From an uncultured virus (IMG/VR IMGVR_UViG_3300008113_000179) (Duplodnaviria; Heunggongvirae; Uroviricota; Caudoviricetes): DNA of 20,000 bases. How positions within the stretch are numbered: position 1 is the stretch's first letter; each line of letters begins with the position of its first letter. The DNA is taken from IMG/VR virus record IMGVR_UViG_3300008113_000179, one strand, 5' to 3'. Below the pieces are notes generated by a model that was not told the DNA's origin, made no database searches, and was given only the letters and a program-made list of their open reading frames with translations. Positions 8,703-16,932 of this stretch are shown piece by piece. Position numbers and translations under genes: made by a program.

Positions 8703-9350
8703 ATGCAGAATCACAAGCACAATAAAAAATATCAAGTAGGGGATCAGTGGTTAATTGACACGCAGTACACTAGATACAAAGAGTTTCTTCCATTCTTAGA
8801 TCGTGATTCAAGTGAAGACTATGGTCGTGAAACTGTAGCCCAACATGCTAGTCAGTACCCGTTATGGCACGATCCGGATCAAAGTGTAATGTTGGCATAC
8901 CCAAAGAAGTACGGTGGAGACTTTGAAGCACATCCGTTGTGGCATACAGTAGCAGATGGTGCTTATAAGTGGACTAACCGAAAATTAAAAGAGAATGGGA
9001 TTGAATCTGAGATCCGACCAGTAATTAGTTGGTATATTGATTACAAAGAAGGTGGTTGGCAACCAATGCACACTCATTCTAAGAACTGTGTAACACAGAT
9101 TATCTACATGGATGCACAGACTCATAGTGTTAAAGTTAACGAAGCCAATGTACCAGAATTTGATGGTAAGGAAGCACAATGGGGTTCAATGTTTGCATTA
9201 ATGGCCAGTAAGGATGAAACAAAATACGTGTCTTTCATGAATTGGCCTGGAAGATGTGTTTTAATGAGAGGCGATATATTCCACGGTGTGTATCCTGTTA
9301 AATCAGTACCACGTAGAAGTATTATTATTGATTATATAATTTTAACATGA
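8703..9350 (+). CDS. Putative 2OG-Fe(II) oxygenase
   Basis: YKEGGWQPMHTH...IFHGVYP...RRSIIIDY double-stranded beta-helix pattern. ATG 8703 preferred over GTG 8688. Confidence 0.7.
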   Translation: MQNHKHNKKYQVGDQWLIDTQYTRYKEFLPFLDRDSSEDYGRETVAQHASQYPLWHDPDQSVMLAYPKKYGGDFEAHPLWHTVADGAYKWTNRKLKENGIESEIRPVISWYIDYKEGGWQPMHTHSKNCVTQIIYMDAQTHSVKVNEANVPEFDGKEAQWGSMFALMASKDETKYVSFMNWPGRCVLMRGDIFHGVYPVKSVPRRSIIIDYIILT

Positions 9351-10828
9351 TAAAAAATTACGATTACGAAGTACAGAAATTATATCTTGAACTTATGCTG
9401 GCAGACGCAGAAGTATTTGTTCGCTGTCAAGGTATTTTTGATCACACATTATTTGATCGCAAACTGCAAGATGCGGCAGAGTTTCTACATGAATATGCCA
9501 AAGGGTATAATGTATTGCCAGACTATGAAATGGTCAATGCCACCTGCAGAGTTGACCTCAAACGTCCAGAGGACCTCAAAGAAGGACATATGGATTGGTT
9601 TATGGATGAGTTTGAGAAGTTTACTCAACACAAGGCTCTTGAACGTGCAATTATACAATCAGCCGATCTATTAGAAAAACATGACTACGGTGCAGTAGAA
9701 GTATTGATCAAAGAAGCAGTACAGATTGGACTTGCTCGAGACATGGGCACAGATTACTTTGCTGATCCTCGTGGCCGATTGATGGGCATCAAGGACAAGA
9801 ACGGACAGGTAAGTACAGGTTGGCCGACAATGGATAAAAGATTGTTCGGTGGATTCAATCGAGGAGAACTGAATATCTTTGCAGGTGGATCTGGTGCAGG
9901 TAAGAGTTTGTTCTTGGCTAACTTGGGTGTGAACTTTGCACTTGCAGGATTGAACGTGGTTTATCTAACACTGGAACTTTCAGAAGCACTAGTTAGTATG
10001 CGTATTGATGCAATGCTAACAGGAATAGCAACCAAAGACATCTTCAAGGACCTAGATGATGTTGAAATGAAAGTCAAAATCATTGGCAAGAAATCTGGAC
10101 TGTTACAGGTCAAGTACATGCCAAGTGGCAAGACTGCCAATGATATCCGTGCATATCTAAAAGAATATGAAATCAAAGTAGGTAAGAAAGTAGATGTACT
10201 TCTAGTAGACTACTTAGACTTGTTGATGCCACTCAGCAAGAAGATTAGCCCAGCAGACTTGTTTATCAAAGACAAATATGTATCGGAAGAATTGCGTAAC
10301 CTAGCAGTGGAAAAGAACTGTGTGTTCGTTACTGCGGCACAGTTAAATCGTGGTGCTGTGGAAGAAGTTGAGTTTGATCACAGTCATATCTCAGGTGGCT
10401 TGAGCAAGATTCAAACTGCAGATAATGTGTTTGGTATCTTTACCAGCAGGGCTATGCGTGAACGTGGACGCTATCAATTACAGTTGATGAAGACTCGTAG
10501 CTCAAGCGGAGTAGGCATGAAGATTGATCTTGAATTTAATCTTGAAAGTCTTAAGATTTCAGACTTGCCAGAGGACGAACAAGAACACAGTGGAGCAACA
10601 TCTAGGGGTAGTAGTTCGATCATCGAATCTATTAAAAATAGATCAACAGTTGTAAAATCCGACGACCGGGCACAACCCAAAGAAGGATTTGACCCATTTA
10701 ATCCAACGCCTAATGCAGGTAGAGGATTAGACCCATCGCAAGGCACAGGCGTTGGAAAAGTTCGTGCTAACGTAGAATCCACAAAATTACGTGAAATTTT
10801 AAATTCTATGGGTAATGATGAAGAGTAA
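9347..10828 (+). CDS. dnaB: Replicative DNA helicase, DnaB / T4 gp41-like
   Basis: STGWPTMD, Walker A GGSGAGKS, TLEL, Walker B LLVDYLD, AAQLNR and MKTR; low-complexity C-terminal tail. Confidence 0.93.
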   Translation: MIKNYDYEVQKLYLELMLADAEVFVRCQGIFDHTLFDRKLQDAAEFLHEYAKGYNVLPDYEMVNATCRVDLKRPEDLKEGHMDWFMDEFEKFTQHKALERAIIQSADLLEKHDYGAVEVLIKEAVQIGLARDMGTDYFADPRGRLMGIKDKNGQVSTGWPTMDKRLFGGFNRGELNIFAGGSGAGKSLFLANLGVNFALAGLNVVYLTLELSEALVSMRIDAMLTGIATKDIFKDLDDVEMKVKIIGKKSGLLQVKYMPSGKTANDIRAYLKEYEIKVGKKVDVLLVDYLDLLMPLSKKISPADLFIKDKYVSEELRNLAVEKNCVFVTAAQLNRGAVEEVEFDHSHISGGLSKIQTADNVFGIFTSRAMRERGRYQLQLMKTRSSSGVGMKIDLEFNLESLKISDLPEDEQEHSGATSRGSSSIIESIKNRSTVVKSDDRAQPKEGFDPFNPTPNAGRGLDPSQGTGVGKVRANVESTKLREILNSMGNDEE

Positions 10829-11060
10829 TAGACTTGAGCTGTATCATTGGCGCATTGCCGTTGGCATCGATGCACCGATCGAAGTCGATTGGCCCGACGT
10901 ACACAAAACTGTAGGAGTTGATCTAATAAGTTGGATTAACAAACAGCCCAAGGAAAAATGCCAGTTAGTTGTAGATAAACTCAACGACGATTTCAAACTC
11001 ATAGCAGAATTTTACGATCAACAAACACTACTAGCTTATCACTTAATGTGGGCTAAATAA
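10815..11060 (+). CDS. Hypothetical protein (81 aa)
   Basis: Overlaps the helicase stop and fills the gap to the next gene. Confidence 0.7.
   Translation: MMKSNRLELYHWRIAVGIDAPIEVDWPDVHKTVGVDLISWINKQPKEKCQLVVDKLNDDFKLIAEFYDQQTLLAYHLMWAK
11053..11059 (+). promoter_or_regulatory. Putative late promoter box CTAAATA
   Basis: 4 nt upstream of ATG 11064; recurrent motif. Confidence 0.55.
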
Positions 11061-11063
11061 TGA

Positions 11064-11774
11064 ATGCGCCTAAGAGAATTACAAGAACGATCAGATATAA
11101 TTACAGTTAATCGCCGTCTTAATCCCAAGATATGGGACGGTGATTCGCTCGACCCAGCAGTTGCACAAAAGCTCAAAGAAATTGCTGACGCATTTCAAGA
11201 GTTTATAGGCATTGATCTAGATGTAGTAGATTACACAATTACTGGATCAAACGCCAATTATACTTGGACTGATCACAGCGACCTAGATCTGCATCTTATT
11301 ATTCAAGGAGAGGTAGGAGAAGCGGCTCGCGAACTGTTCAATGCCAAAAAGGCACTCTGGGCAGAGCAACACAATATTACTATCAAGGGATTGCCTGTTG
11401 AATGTTATGTTCAGGGCAAAGAAGAAGAACACCACAGTACCGGAGTGTATAGCATAGCTGACAATCGATGGCTGGTTGAACCTAAGAAAATAAAACCAGA
11501 AGTAGATGACAGTGCTGTGGAAGCTAAAAAAGATTCAGTCATCCATGATATCGAAACTGCCCTGTTAAGCAAGGATCTTAACAAGTTAAGAGCTGTTAAA
11601 GAAAAAATTACCAAGATGCGCAAAGCAGGATTGGAACGTGCAGGTGAGTGGTCGGTGGAAAACCTAGTTTTCAAAATACTAAGAAATTTGGGTCTTATTG
11701 ATGAAATTGCAGATAAGATTCGCGAACTAGAAGATCAAGAACTGAGTCTAGAACAAACTCAAGTGTTAATTTAG
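11064..11774 (+). CDS. DNA polymerase beta-superfamily nucleotidyltransferase
   Basis: ITGSNANYTWTDHSDLDLH = hG-S-x10-DhD motif; candidate third acidic residue in PVECYVQ; helical C-terminal domain. Confidence 0.85.
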   Translation: MRLRELQERSDIITVNRRLNPKIWDGDSLDPAVAQKLKEIADAFQEFIGIDLDVVDYTITGSNANYTWTDHSDLDLHLIIQGEVGEAARELFNAKKALWAEQHNITIKGLPVECYVQGKEEEHHSTGVYSIADNRWLVEPKKIKPEVDDSAVEAKKDSVIHDIETALLSKDLNKLRAVKEKITKMRKAGLERAGEWSVENLVFKILRNLGLIDEIADKIRELEDQELSLEQTQVLI

Positions 11775-12340
11775 TCTTTGTAAACAGTATTAAAACTAAT
11801 AGTAATTCTGTTATCAGTTGAATTAACATCAGTGCTATGTTCTAACCAACTGGGAAATATTATTAACTTTCCGGGAACACAATCAATATCAAAATGGTTG
11901 GTACTATTAAAGTTTGGTTCTTGAACAAAATCAAACATCTTAAATGCTGCTATTGGACTGTGTAGAGTCAGTGGCACACTGCCCGGATCTGCATCAACAT
12001 AAAATGCTCCAGACACAATGCTCATTTCGTGCCGGTGATTGTCAACTCGTTGACCCTTGCCCATCTTGTTAAACCAATTGCTAGAAATTGTAACTGGTTT
12101 AATCCCCATGTTTGTAATATAACTATCAACACAGTCTTGTATACGCTGTTTAAATCCAGCAAGTTCTGCAATGTCTAAAAATTGTCGTTCATACAGATTA
12201 TAACTACTTTCTGCGCCGTGAAGCAGTCCGTGTGGTTTAGTTTTGTGAACTGCAATCAATTGTTTAATTAGGGGCAGGTCTGGATCTGTTGATAGATCGT
12301 ATTCTTGTATCACAGTGGGAAATAAATTAGCTTGTCTCAT
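11771..12340 (-). CDS. Putative 2OG-Fe(II) oxygenase (TIGR02466-like)
   Basis: LFPT N-terminus, WFN...HRH...SGAFYV...GKLIIFPSWLEH...RITISFN. Confidence 0.88.
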   Translation of the reverse strand: MRQANLFPTVIQEYDLSTDPDLPLIKQLIAVHKTKPHGLLHGAESSYNLYERQFLDIAELAGFKQRIQDCVDSYITNMGIKPVTISSNWFNKMGKGQRVDNHRHEMSIVSGAFYVDADPGSVPLTLHSPIAAFKMFDFVQEPNFNSTNHFDIDCVPGKLIIFPSWLEHSTDVNSTDNRITISFNTVYKD

Positions 12341-13233
12341 TTAACGCCTTTAGTTATAGTTTTCGGCTTAATGCTGAAATCTTTGCTAATACCCATGCGC
12401 ACAGCCCAACTGGTCATGCCTTTTTCGAATCGTTTCTGTTTGGCATTAGCATCTACTACAAACGGGTTAATCTCTCGTTCAATCCATGCTCTATCATTAA
12501 TAGAGTCCGCTTGTATGATACCTTTCATATAACCGTCAACTAAATCCAATGTGGTATCATTGTGCAGTGCTTGACCTGCACGTGGCCCGAGAATGTTGTG
12601 ATTGCTAAGACACATGTGATTGTATCTAGGATCAATGCCTTTCCAATAGACTTGATTTTCATCTAATAGTGGATCCCAAAACTCATGCACCTGTATGTGA
12701 TCCATTAGATTGCCATTGGCCCAATTAAGCTCTTTAAATTGTCCAGCCTGTGCAACAGTTTGATCAAAGCATTTGATAACCAAGGGCCTGCGTAACTTTT
12801 GTCTGCGAGTTTGATAAGCCACATAGGCCATACGATTTTGTAAATGAAGTGTATCTAGCAAAGGTCGCTGTATGTATTGAATGAATCCCATGATAGCCTT
12901 GGCCTGATCCTTGGTTACAAATTCGTCTAGATCAGTTAGATGATGGTTGCTAACGTCTGGCTGTGTTTCAAAGTACCATTGACGATTGGGATGTGTCAAT
13001 CCAATGATCAAATAATCGTCGGGTGTGATGCGCCCTGAATACAATTGATGTAATAAAAAACAACTAAAGTCTTGAGCACTGCCCATAACTGCTTTGGTAT
13101 CAACTTCAACAGTCTTGCCTGATAGTCGTGACAGTTCATCAGCAGCCTGCTGAATCCACCAGGGTTTGATTTCTTCGTTCAACGGCGGAACCATAAAGCT
13201 ATCGCCTACCACGAATAATTTAGGATTTCTCAT
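12337..13233 (-). CDS. SGNH/GDSL-hydrolase-like protein, paralogue B
   Basis: KLFVVGDSF block I motif and C-terminal DPRYNHMCLSNH; colinear with the adjacent 292-aa ORF. Confidence 0.65.
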   Translation of the reverse strand: MRNPKLFVVGDSFMVPPLNEEIKPWWIQQAADELSRLSGKTVEVDTKAVMGSAQDFSCFLLHQLYSGRITPDDYLIIGLTHPNRQWYFETQPDVSNHHLTDLDEFVTKDQAKAIMGFIQYIQRPLLDTLHLQNRMAYVAYQTRRQKLRRPLVIKCFDQTVAQAGQFKELNWANGNLMDHIQVHEFWDPLLDENQVYWKGIDPRYNHMCLSNHNILGPRAGQALHNDTTLDLVDGYMKGIIQADSINDRAWIEREINPFVVDANAKQKRFEKGMTSWAVRMGISKDFSIKPKTITKGVK

Positions 13234-14108
13234 TTGTTATTAGTGGTAATTCCACGACGGTTTTTCCAGGGCAACAAAGAATTTTTGTATTGCTTTCTAT
13301 TGTCCAAGTTCCTAAGAGTAATTTCATAATCCAGTTCAGTCTGCTGGAATTCGATATTAGTTTCCCAATCATCGGGTATAATCTTTTCAACGAATCCAGA
13401 TGTAATATCAAGAACAGAGTCAGTGATCAATGCTGTGGCAATCTTTTCAGCGAGTATTTTATGATTGCTAAGACACATGTGATTGAATCTGCCGTCTAGC
13501 CCTCGCCAAAAAACATCAGCAACTTCACGATCCTTATCGGAAAATTCGCCACGTTGGATATCTTCAAACAAATTGCCCTTGGCCCAATTTAGTTCTTCAA
13601 ACTCTTCAGCATGCCCAATCATTTGATTAAAACAGTTGATCATCAACGGTCGATTGAGTTTTTGCTCGTTAACCATAAGAGCCAAATAGGCCATGCGATT
13701 GATCAACAGCATTGTGTCTAAGTTAGGACGTTGTATGTGCTTGATAAACAGCTCAATAGCTGTGGCTTCTTCTTTAGTAACATGTCGATCTAAATCAATA
13801 ATGTTAACATTGGTCAGTTCGGGAAGTCTTTCTAGAAACCAATATCGACTGGGATGTGTTAGGGCAACAACAAGATAATCGTCAGGTCCTATAGCATTGT
13901 TAAAAAACCATTCCTGTAGTAGTCCCCAACAAAAGTCCTGTGCTGACCCAATCAATGATGAGTTGATTAAGTGTACTGGTTCCCCGTGATGCTGACTCAA
14001 CAGGTCTGCGGTAAGTCTATGCCAAGTGGGTGCGGATTCAGTTCCGGGCCTACAGGCAGCAAAGCTGTCGCCCAATATAAAAAGTTTACGTCCTGCGGGA
14101 TATGTCAT
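13230..14108 (-). CDS. SGNH/GDSL-hydrolase-like protein, paralogue A
   Basis: KLFILGDSF, GSAQDF, PDDYL, LTHPSR, NRMAY and DGRFNHMCLSNH, matching paralogue B. Confidence 0.65.
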   Translation of the reverse strand: MTYPAGRKLFILGDSFAACRPGTESAPTWHRLTADLLSQHHGEPVHLINSSLIGSAQDFCWGLLQEWFFNNAIGPDDYLVVALTHPSRYWFLERLPELTNVNIIDLDRHVTKEEATAIELFIKHIQRPNLDTMLLINRMAYLALMVNEQKLNRPLMINCFNQMIGHAEEFEELNWAKGNLFEDIQRGEFSDKDREVADVFWRGLDGRFNHMCLSNHKILAEKIATALITDSVLDITSGFVEKIIPDDWETNIEFQQTELDYEITLRNLDNRKQYKNSLLPWKNRRGITTNNK

Positions 14109-14147
14109 ATTATTAATTATCTATTTTCTCATTCAGTGCGTATTTTA

Positions 14148-14206
14148 TTGATTTATGATAAGTATTCATGTATACTAGTATACACGACTCACAAGGACAC
14201 TGTCAA
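14148..14206. promoter_or_regulatory. Overlapping divergent sigma70-type promoters
   Basis: + strand TTGATT(14148-53)-N17-TATACT(14171-76); - strand TTGACA(14206-01)-N18-TATACT(14182-77). The -10 boxes form the palindrome TGTATACTAGTATACA. Confidence 0.6.
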
Positions 14207-14208
14207 CC

Positions 14209-14646
14209 ATGCTGCACGAAATTAATGATCTAACCGACGAACTGCTTCGACTAATCAAGGACGATCCTGTGAGACCAGAAATTCCCCTAGATCAACGTGT
14301 CAATGGTAATAGCAAAATTTACGTGTTGCAAAATGACCAAGGTGATCCAATTGCAGTTACCTGTGTCAAGTTTCTCAGTGACATTCCCAAATCAGTTAAC
14401 GAACTGACTGATCTTGCAGTTAATTCTAGTACTGCTGTGTTCTATACCATTTGGAGTTATGCTGCGGGTGCGGGTAGAGATCTTATCATGGCTGCTCAAA
14501 AGAACATTGAAGAAACCAAACCTGAAGTGAAAACTTTTGTTACGCTAAGTCCCAAGACAGAAATGGCCCGCAAGTTCCATCACAAGAACGGGGCCACTAC
14601 ATTTAGAGAAAACGAAGACTCGATCAACTACCTATACAAAGGTTAA
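14209..14646 (+). CDS. GNAT-fold protein resembling the malonyl-CoA decarboxylase catalytic core
   Basis: TAVFYTIWSY...GAGRDLI...KTFVTLSP...ARKFHHKNGA; AAGGA RBS. Confidence 0.6.
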   Translation: MLHEINDLTDELLRLIKDDPVRPEIPLDQRVNGNSKIYVLQNDQGDPIAVTCVKFLSDIPKSVNELTDLAVNSSTAVFYTIWSYAAGAGRDLIMAAQKNIEETKPEVKTFVTLSPKTEMARKFHHKNGATTFRENEDSINYLYKG

Positions 14647-14831
14647 CGAGTTTGGTACAGTTCTACTTCACCAACCCACTGATCGCGACCCTGTAGGCCC
14701 ATGCGTTCAGCAAATTCGCGAGCTTGTGCTTCTGCCAGTGCAAGTTCACGCACTTCAGTGCCGTCTAGGAACTGTTGTACAATACGCTGTTTTGTACGTG
14801 AATTACGAGCCATTATTTTGTAAGCCTGCAT
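14643..14831 (-). CDS. Hypothetical protein (62 aa)
   Basis: AAGGAG RBS and a CTAAATA box (14856-14850) upstream. Confidence 0.75.
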   Translation of the reverse strand: MQAYKIMARNSRTKQRIVQQFLDGTEVRELALAEAQAREFAERMGLQGRDQWVGEVELYQTR

Positions 14832-14924
14832 GATATCTCCTTGATGAATTATTTAGCTGGGCATGCTTGTGATGCCGAAGGCGCAGCGCAAATTTTTTTG
14901 TGCGTAGCACTAGCGCAAGATTTT

Positions 14925-15149
14925 TTAGTCGAATAAAGTGCGCACTATTCTTGTCTGTTCAGGGTACATGATGAGCCACTGTGCAGCCAGCATTTCAGCA
15001 CTAAACAGGAGCCACCAATCTGTAGGAATTGCTGCGTTATACTGTTCTGTATGCGCATAACTGCGCGGCCAATACCGAACCTGCCGATCCCACGAGGTCA
15101 AGATCGTAACTTGCGCTAACACTAGAGGTTCAAGATAAACTAGCAACAT
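14925..15149 (-). CDS. Hypothetical protein (74 aa)
   Basis: TTAAATA box 8 nt upstream; fits the gene packing. Confidence 0.55.
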   Translation of the reverse strand: MLLVYLEPLVLAQVTILTSWDRQVRYWPRSYAHTEQYNAAIPTDWWLLFSAEMLAAQWLIMYPEQTRIVRTLFD

Positions 15150-15164
15150 GCTAGTAGTATTTAA

Positions 15165-15734
15165 TTATTTTTTTGCTATTTGATAGTTTACGGTCATTAC
15201 CATGCGTGTTTCGTGCAAGGTAGGAGTAGAACTTGAATGATAATGTTGTCCCGGAAAGTCAAACCATAGGTTAGCAGTAGGTGCCTGTTCAAAGATCAAG
15301 CTAGGAGTCTTGGGCACAGGTTGTCGACGTGTTTCCCGATAAACCCTAGTAGGACCTGTACTAGAGTAGGGATACCATATGCCTGTGCGATGCTCCAGCA
15401 CAGGATGATCCACGTGAGGCGTGTGTACTATTTCTTCGGGAGTACGAGTGCTGAAGCCCAAGCGTATGCGCAACACACTAACAGGAGTTTCACCATTGAG
15501 ATCACACGCTCTAAATAACACCTGTAGAGCCGGCTCCCACAGAGTGCTTAGACCCTTGTCGTCTGCGCCGATAAGGTGACTGAAGCTGCCTGAGTATTCT
15601 GATATACTGTCCAGATCGTCGGGGTTGGCTGTAAAGGGGCTGTAGAACCACTGTATAGCTTCGGGTGTCAAGCGTTCACGAGTATAGATATACTGACTAG
15701 GGCCTAGTAGGTTTTCATGCCGTCTAACTATCAT
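15165..15734 (-). CDS. Putative 2OG-Fe(II) oxygenase (189 aa)
   Basis: HTPHVDH (HxD), FPGQHYHSSSTP and RMVMTVNY. Start moved to ATG 15734, immediately after the upstream stop. Confidence 0.75.
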   Translation of the reverse strand: MIVRRHENLLGPSQYIYTRERLTPEAIQWFYSPFTANPDDLDSISEYSGSFSHLIGADDKGLSTLWEPALQVLFRACDLNGETPVSVLRIRLGFSTRTPEEIVHTPHVDHPVLEHRTGIWYPYSSTGPTRVYRETRRQPVPKTPSLIFEQAPTANLWFDFPGQHYHSSSTPTLHETRMVMTVNYQIAKK

Positions 15735-15735
15735 G

Positions 15736-16419
15736 TTAAAACTCAATCCAACCGTTGACCAAGTACTTGACGCCACTGCGTGGAGGATTTCCACGATGTG
15801 TGTGCGTGTAGTTGCCAGGGTAGATCAGTAAGGTGCCCATACGACTTGGCTCTACTCGGGGATAGTACAAGAACTCTGTTTCTCCACCCGCTGCCACGTT
15901 GTTCAAAAACAACTGCACATTCATGAGTCGGCTGCAACTGGTACGTCCTTCCTGTTCCCAATGCCACACATGAAATCCACCGCCTATTTCAGTTTTTTGT
16001 ATTTTGATTTCATAAATGCCCTGCTGTGCTTGTGTGTCTAGAGCAGAGTACTTTTCAGTGTAGATTCTATAGCATTCCCACACCACATCTAGAAAGTGAT
16101 TTTGCATAGAAGGTACGCCCACAATGCCAATATCGTTAACACCTGCTGACACAGCACGACTGGTGTTAAAGGCCACTGTGTCTTTTAGATGCGCAGGCAC
16201 ACCTTCCACTCGCTGGCGACTGCGTCCAAAGCCTAGAGCGTTCATGCTCTCAAAGTATTCAATAGCTGATGAGCAGTAGTCCTCTGTAAAGGCATGTTCA
16301 AACTTGCCCACAAAGTCTGAGATCTCTACTGTCATACTAGGATTTAATATACTAGTGGGATCCGGGGGTGTCCACGTATTGGCCAAATTGGGTGTGGCTG
16401 CGGGCTTGAATTGCGTCAT
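15736..16419 (-). CDS. 2OG-Fe(II) oxygenase, prolyl-4-hydroxylase-like
   Basis: KIQKTEIGGGFHVWHWE, FLNNVAAGGETEF, IYPGNYTHTHRGNPP, KYLVNGW; GGAG RBS. Confidence 0.9.
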   Translation of the reverse strand: MTQFKPAATPNLANTWTPPDPTSILNPSMTVEISDFVGKFEHAFTEDYCSSAIEYFESMNALGFGRSRQRVEGVPAHLKDTVAFNTSRAVSAGVNDIGIVGVPSMQNHFLDVVWECYRIYTEKYSALDTQAQQGIYEIKIQKTEIGGGFHVWHWEQEGRTSCSRLMNVQLFLNNVAAGGETEFLYYPRVEPSRMGTLLIYPGNYTHTHRGNPPRSGVKYLVNGWIEF

Positions 16420-16422
16420 AAA

Positions 16423-16462
16423 AATACTCCGTAAGCAGTGTGTAACTACTTATCGGAGTATT
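16423..16462 (-). promoter_or_regulatory. RBS-sequestering hairpin / possible terminator containing an ATAAGTA late-type box
   Basis: AAUACUCCG-A-UAAGUAG/UUACACA/CUGCUUA-CGGAGUAUU followed by UUUAUG. Confidence 0.6.
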
Positions 16463-16485
16463 AGCGAACTAAACTAAGTCTTGGT

Positions 16486-16716
16486 TTATGCTTGGCCAGT
16501 GGGGATATGCTCTGGACGACCCGTTACTTCAAGTCCTGCTTTTGGTGCTCCGTACTCTGCTGCTTCTACTGAAGTCTTGAGTAGACCGCTGTATACTGCA
16601 CGAGCAGCTTCGCCTTCCGCTAGTTTGGCTTGTGCTTCTGCGCCACGTGCATTACGAGCTGCTAGAGCTGTGGCTGCTGCTTGTTCTGCGCTTAATGGTG
16701 TAATTGTTCTTGACAT
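16486..16716 (-). CDS. Small Ala-rich hypothetical protein (76 aa)
   Basis: AGGAG RBS; CTAAATA box at 16760-16754; strong GCA/GCT codon bias. Confidence 0.8.
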   Translation of the reverse strand: MSRTITPLSAEQAAATALAARNARGAEAQAKLAEGEAARAVYSGLLKTSVEAAEYGAPKAGLEVTGRPEHIPTGQA

Positions 16717-16752
16717 GTTGCTATGCTCCTAATGGGTAACAATGTTATAGTG

Positions 16753-16932
16753 TTATTTAGCATGAAACTCCGCATAATATGCAATGGCAGCTAGTAACAG
16801 GGTAATAAACACCCATGCCCAGCGGCTGACTGGACCTTCTACATCATGTACTGCATAGTAAGCATCAAAGTCGGGATCATAGCGATACAGCTTGCCCCTA
16901 ATGATTTCGTGTTCTGTACGTTGTTGTTTCAT
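16753..16932 (-). CDS. Small membrane protein (59 aa)
   Basis: MKQQRTEHEIIRGKLYRYDPD... with a C-terminal hydrophobic helix WAWVFITLLLAAIAYY. Confidence 0.65.
   Translation of the reverse strand: MKQQRTEHEIIRGKLYRYDPDFDAYYAVHDVEGPVSRWAWVFITLLLAAIAYYAEFHAK

Noticed and set aside
887..10828. Inteins, introns or stop-codon reassignment in the replication genes
   Set aside because: UvsW, primase and helicase are normal-length and uninterrupted in the standard code. TAA, TAG and TGA all appear as gene ends. The mini-DnaE is internally compacted rather than broken by stops.
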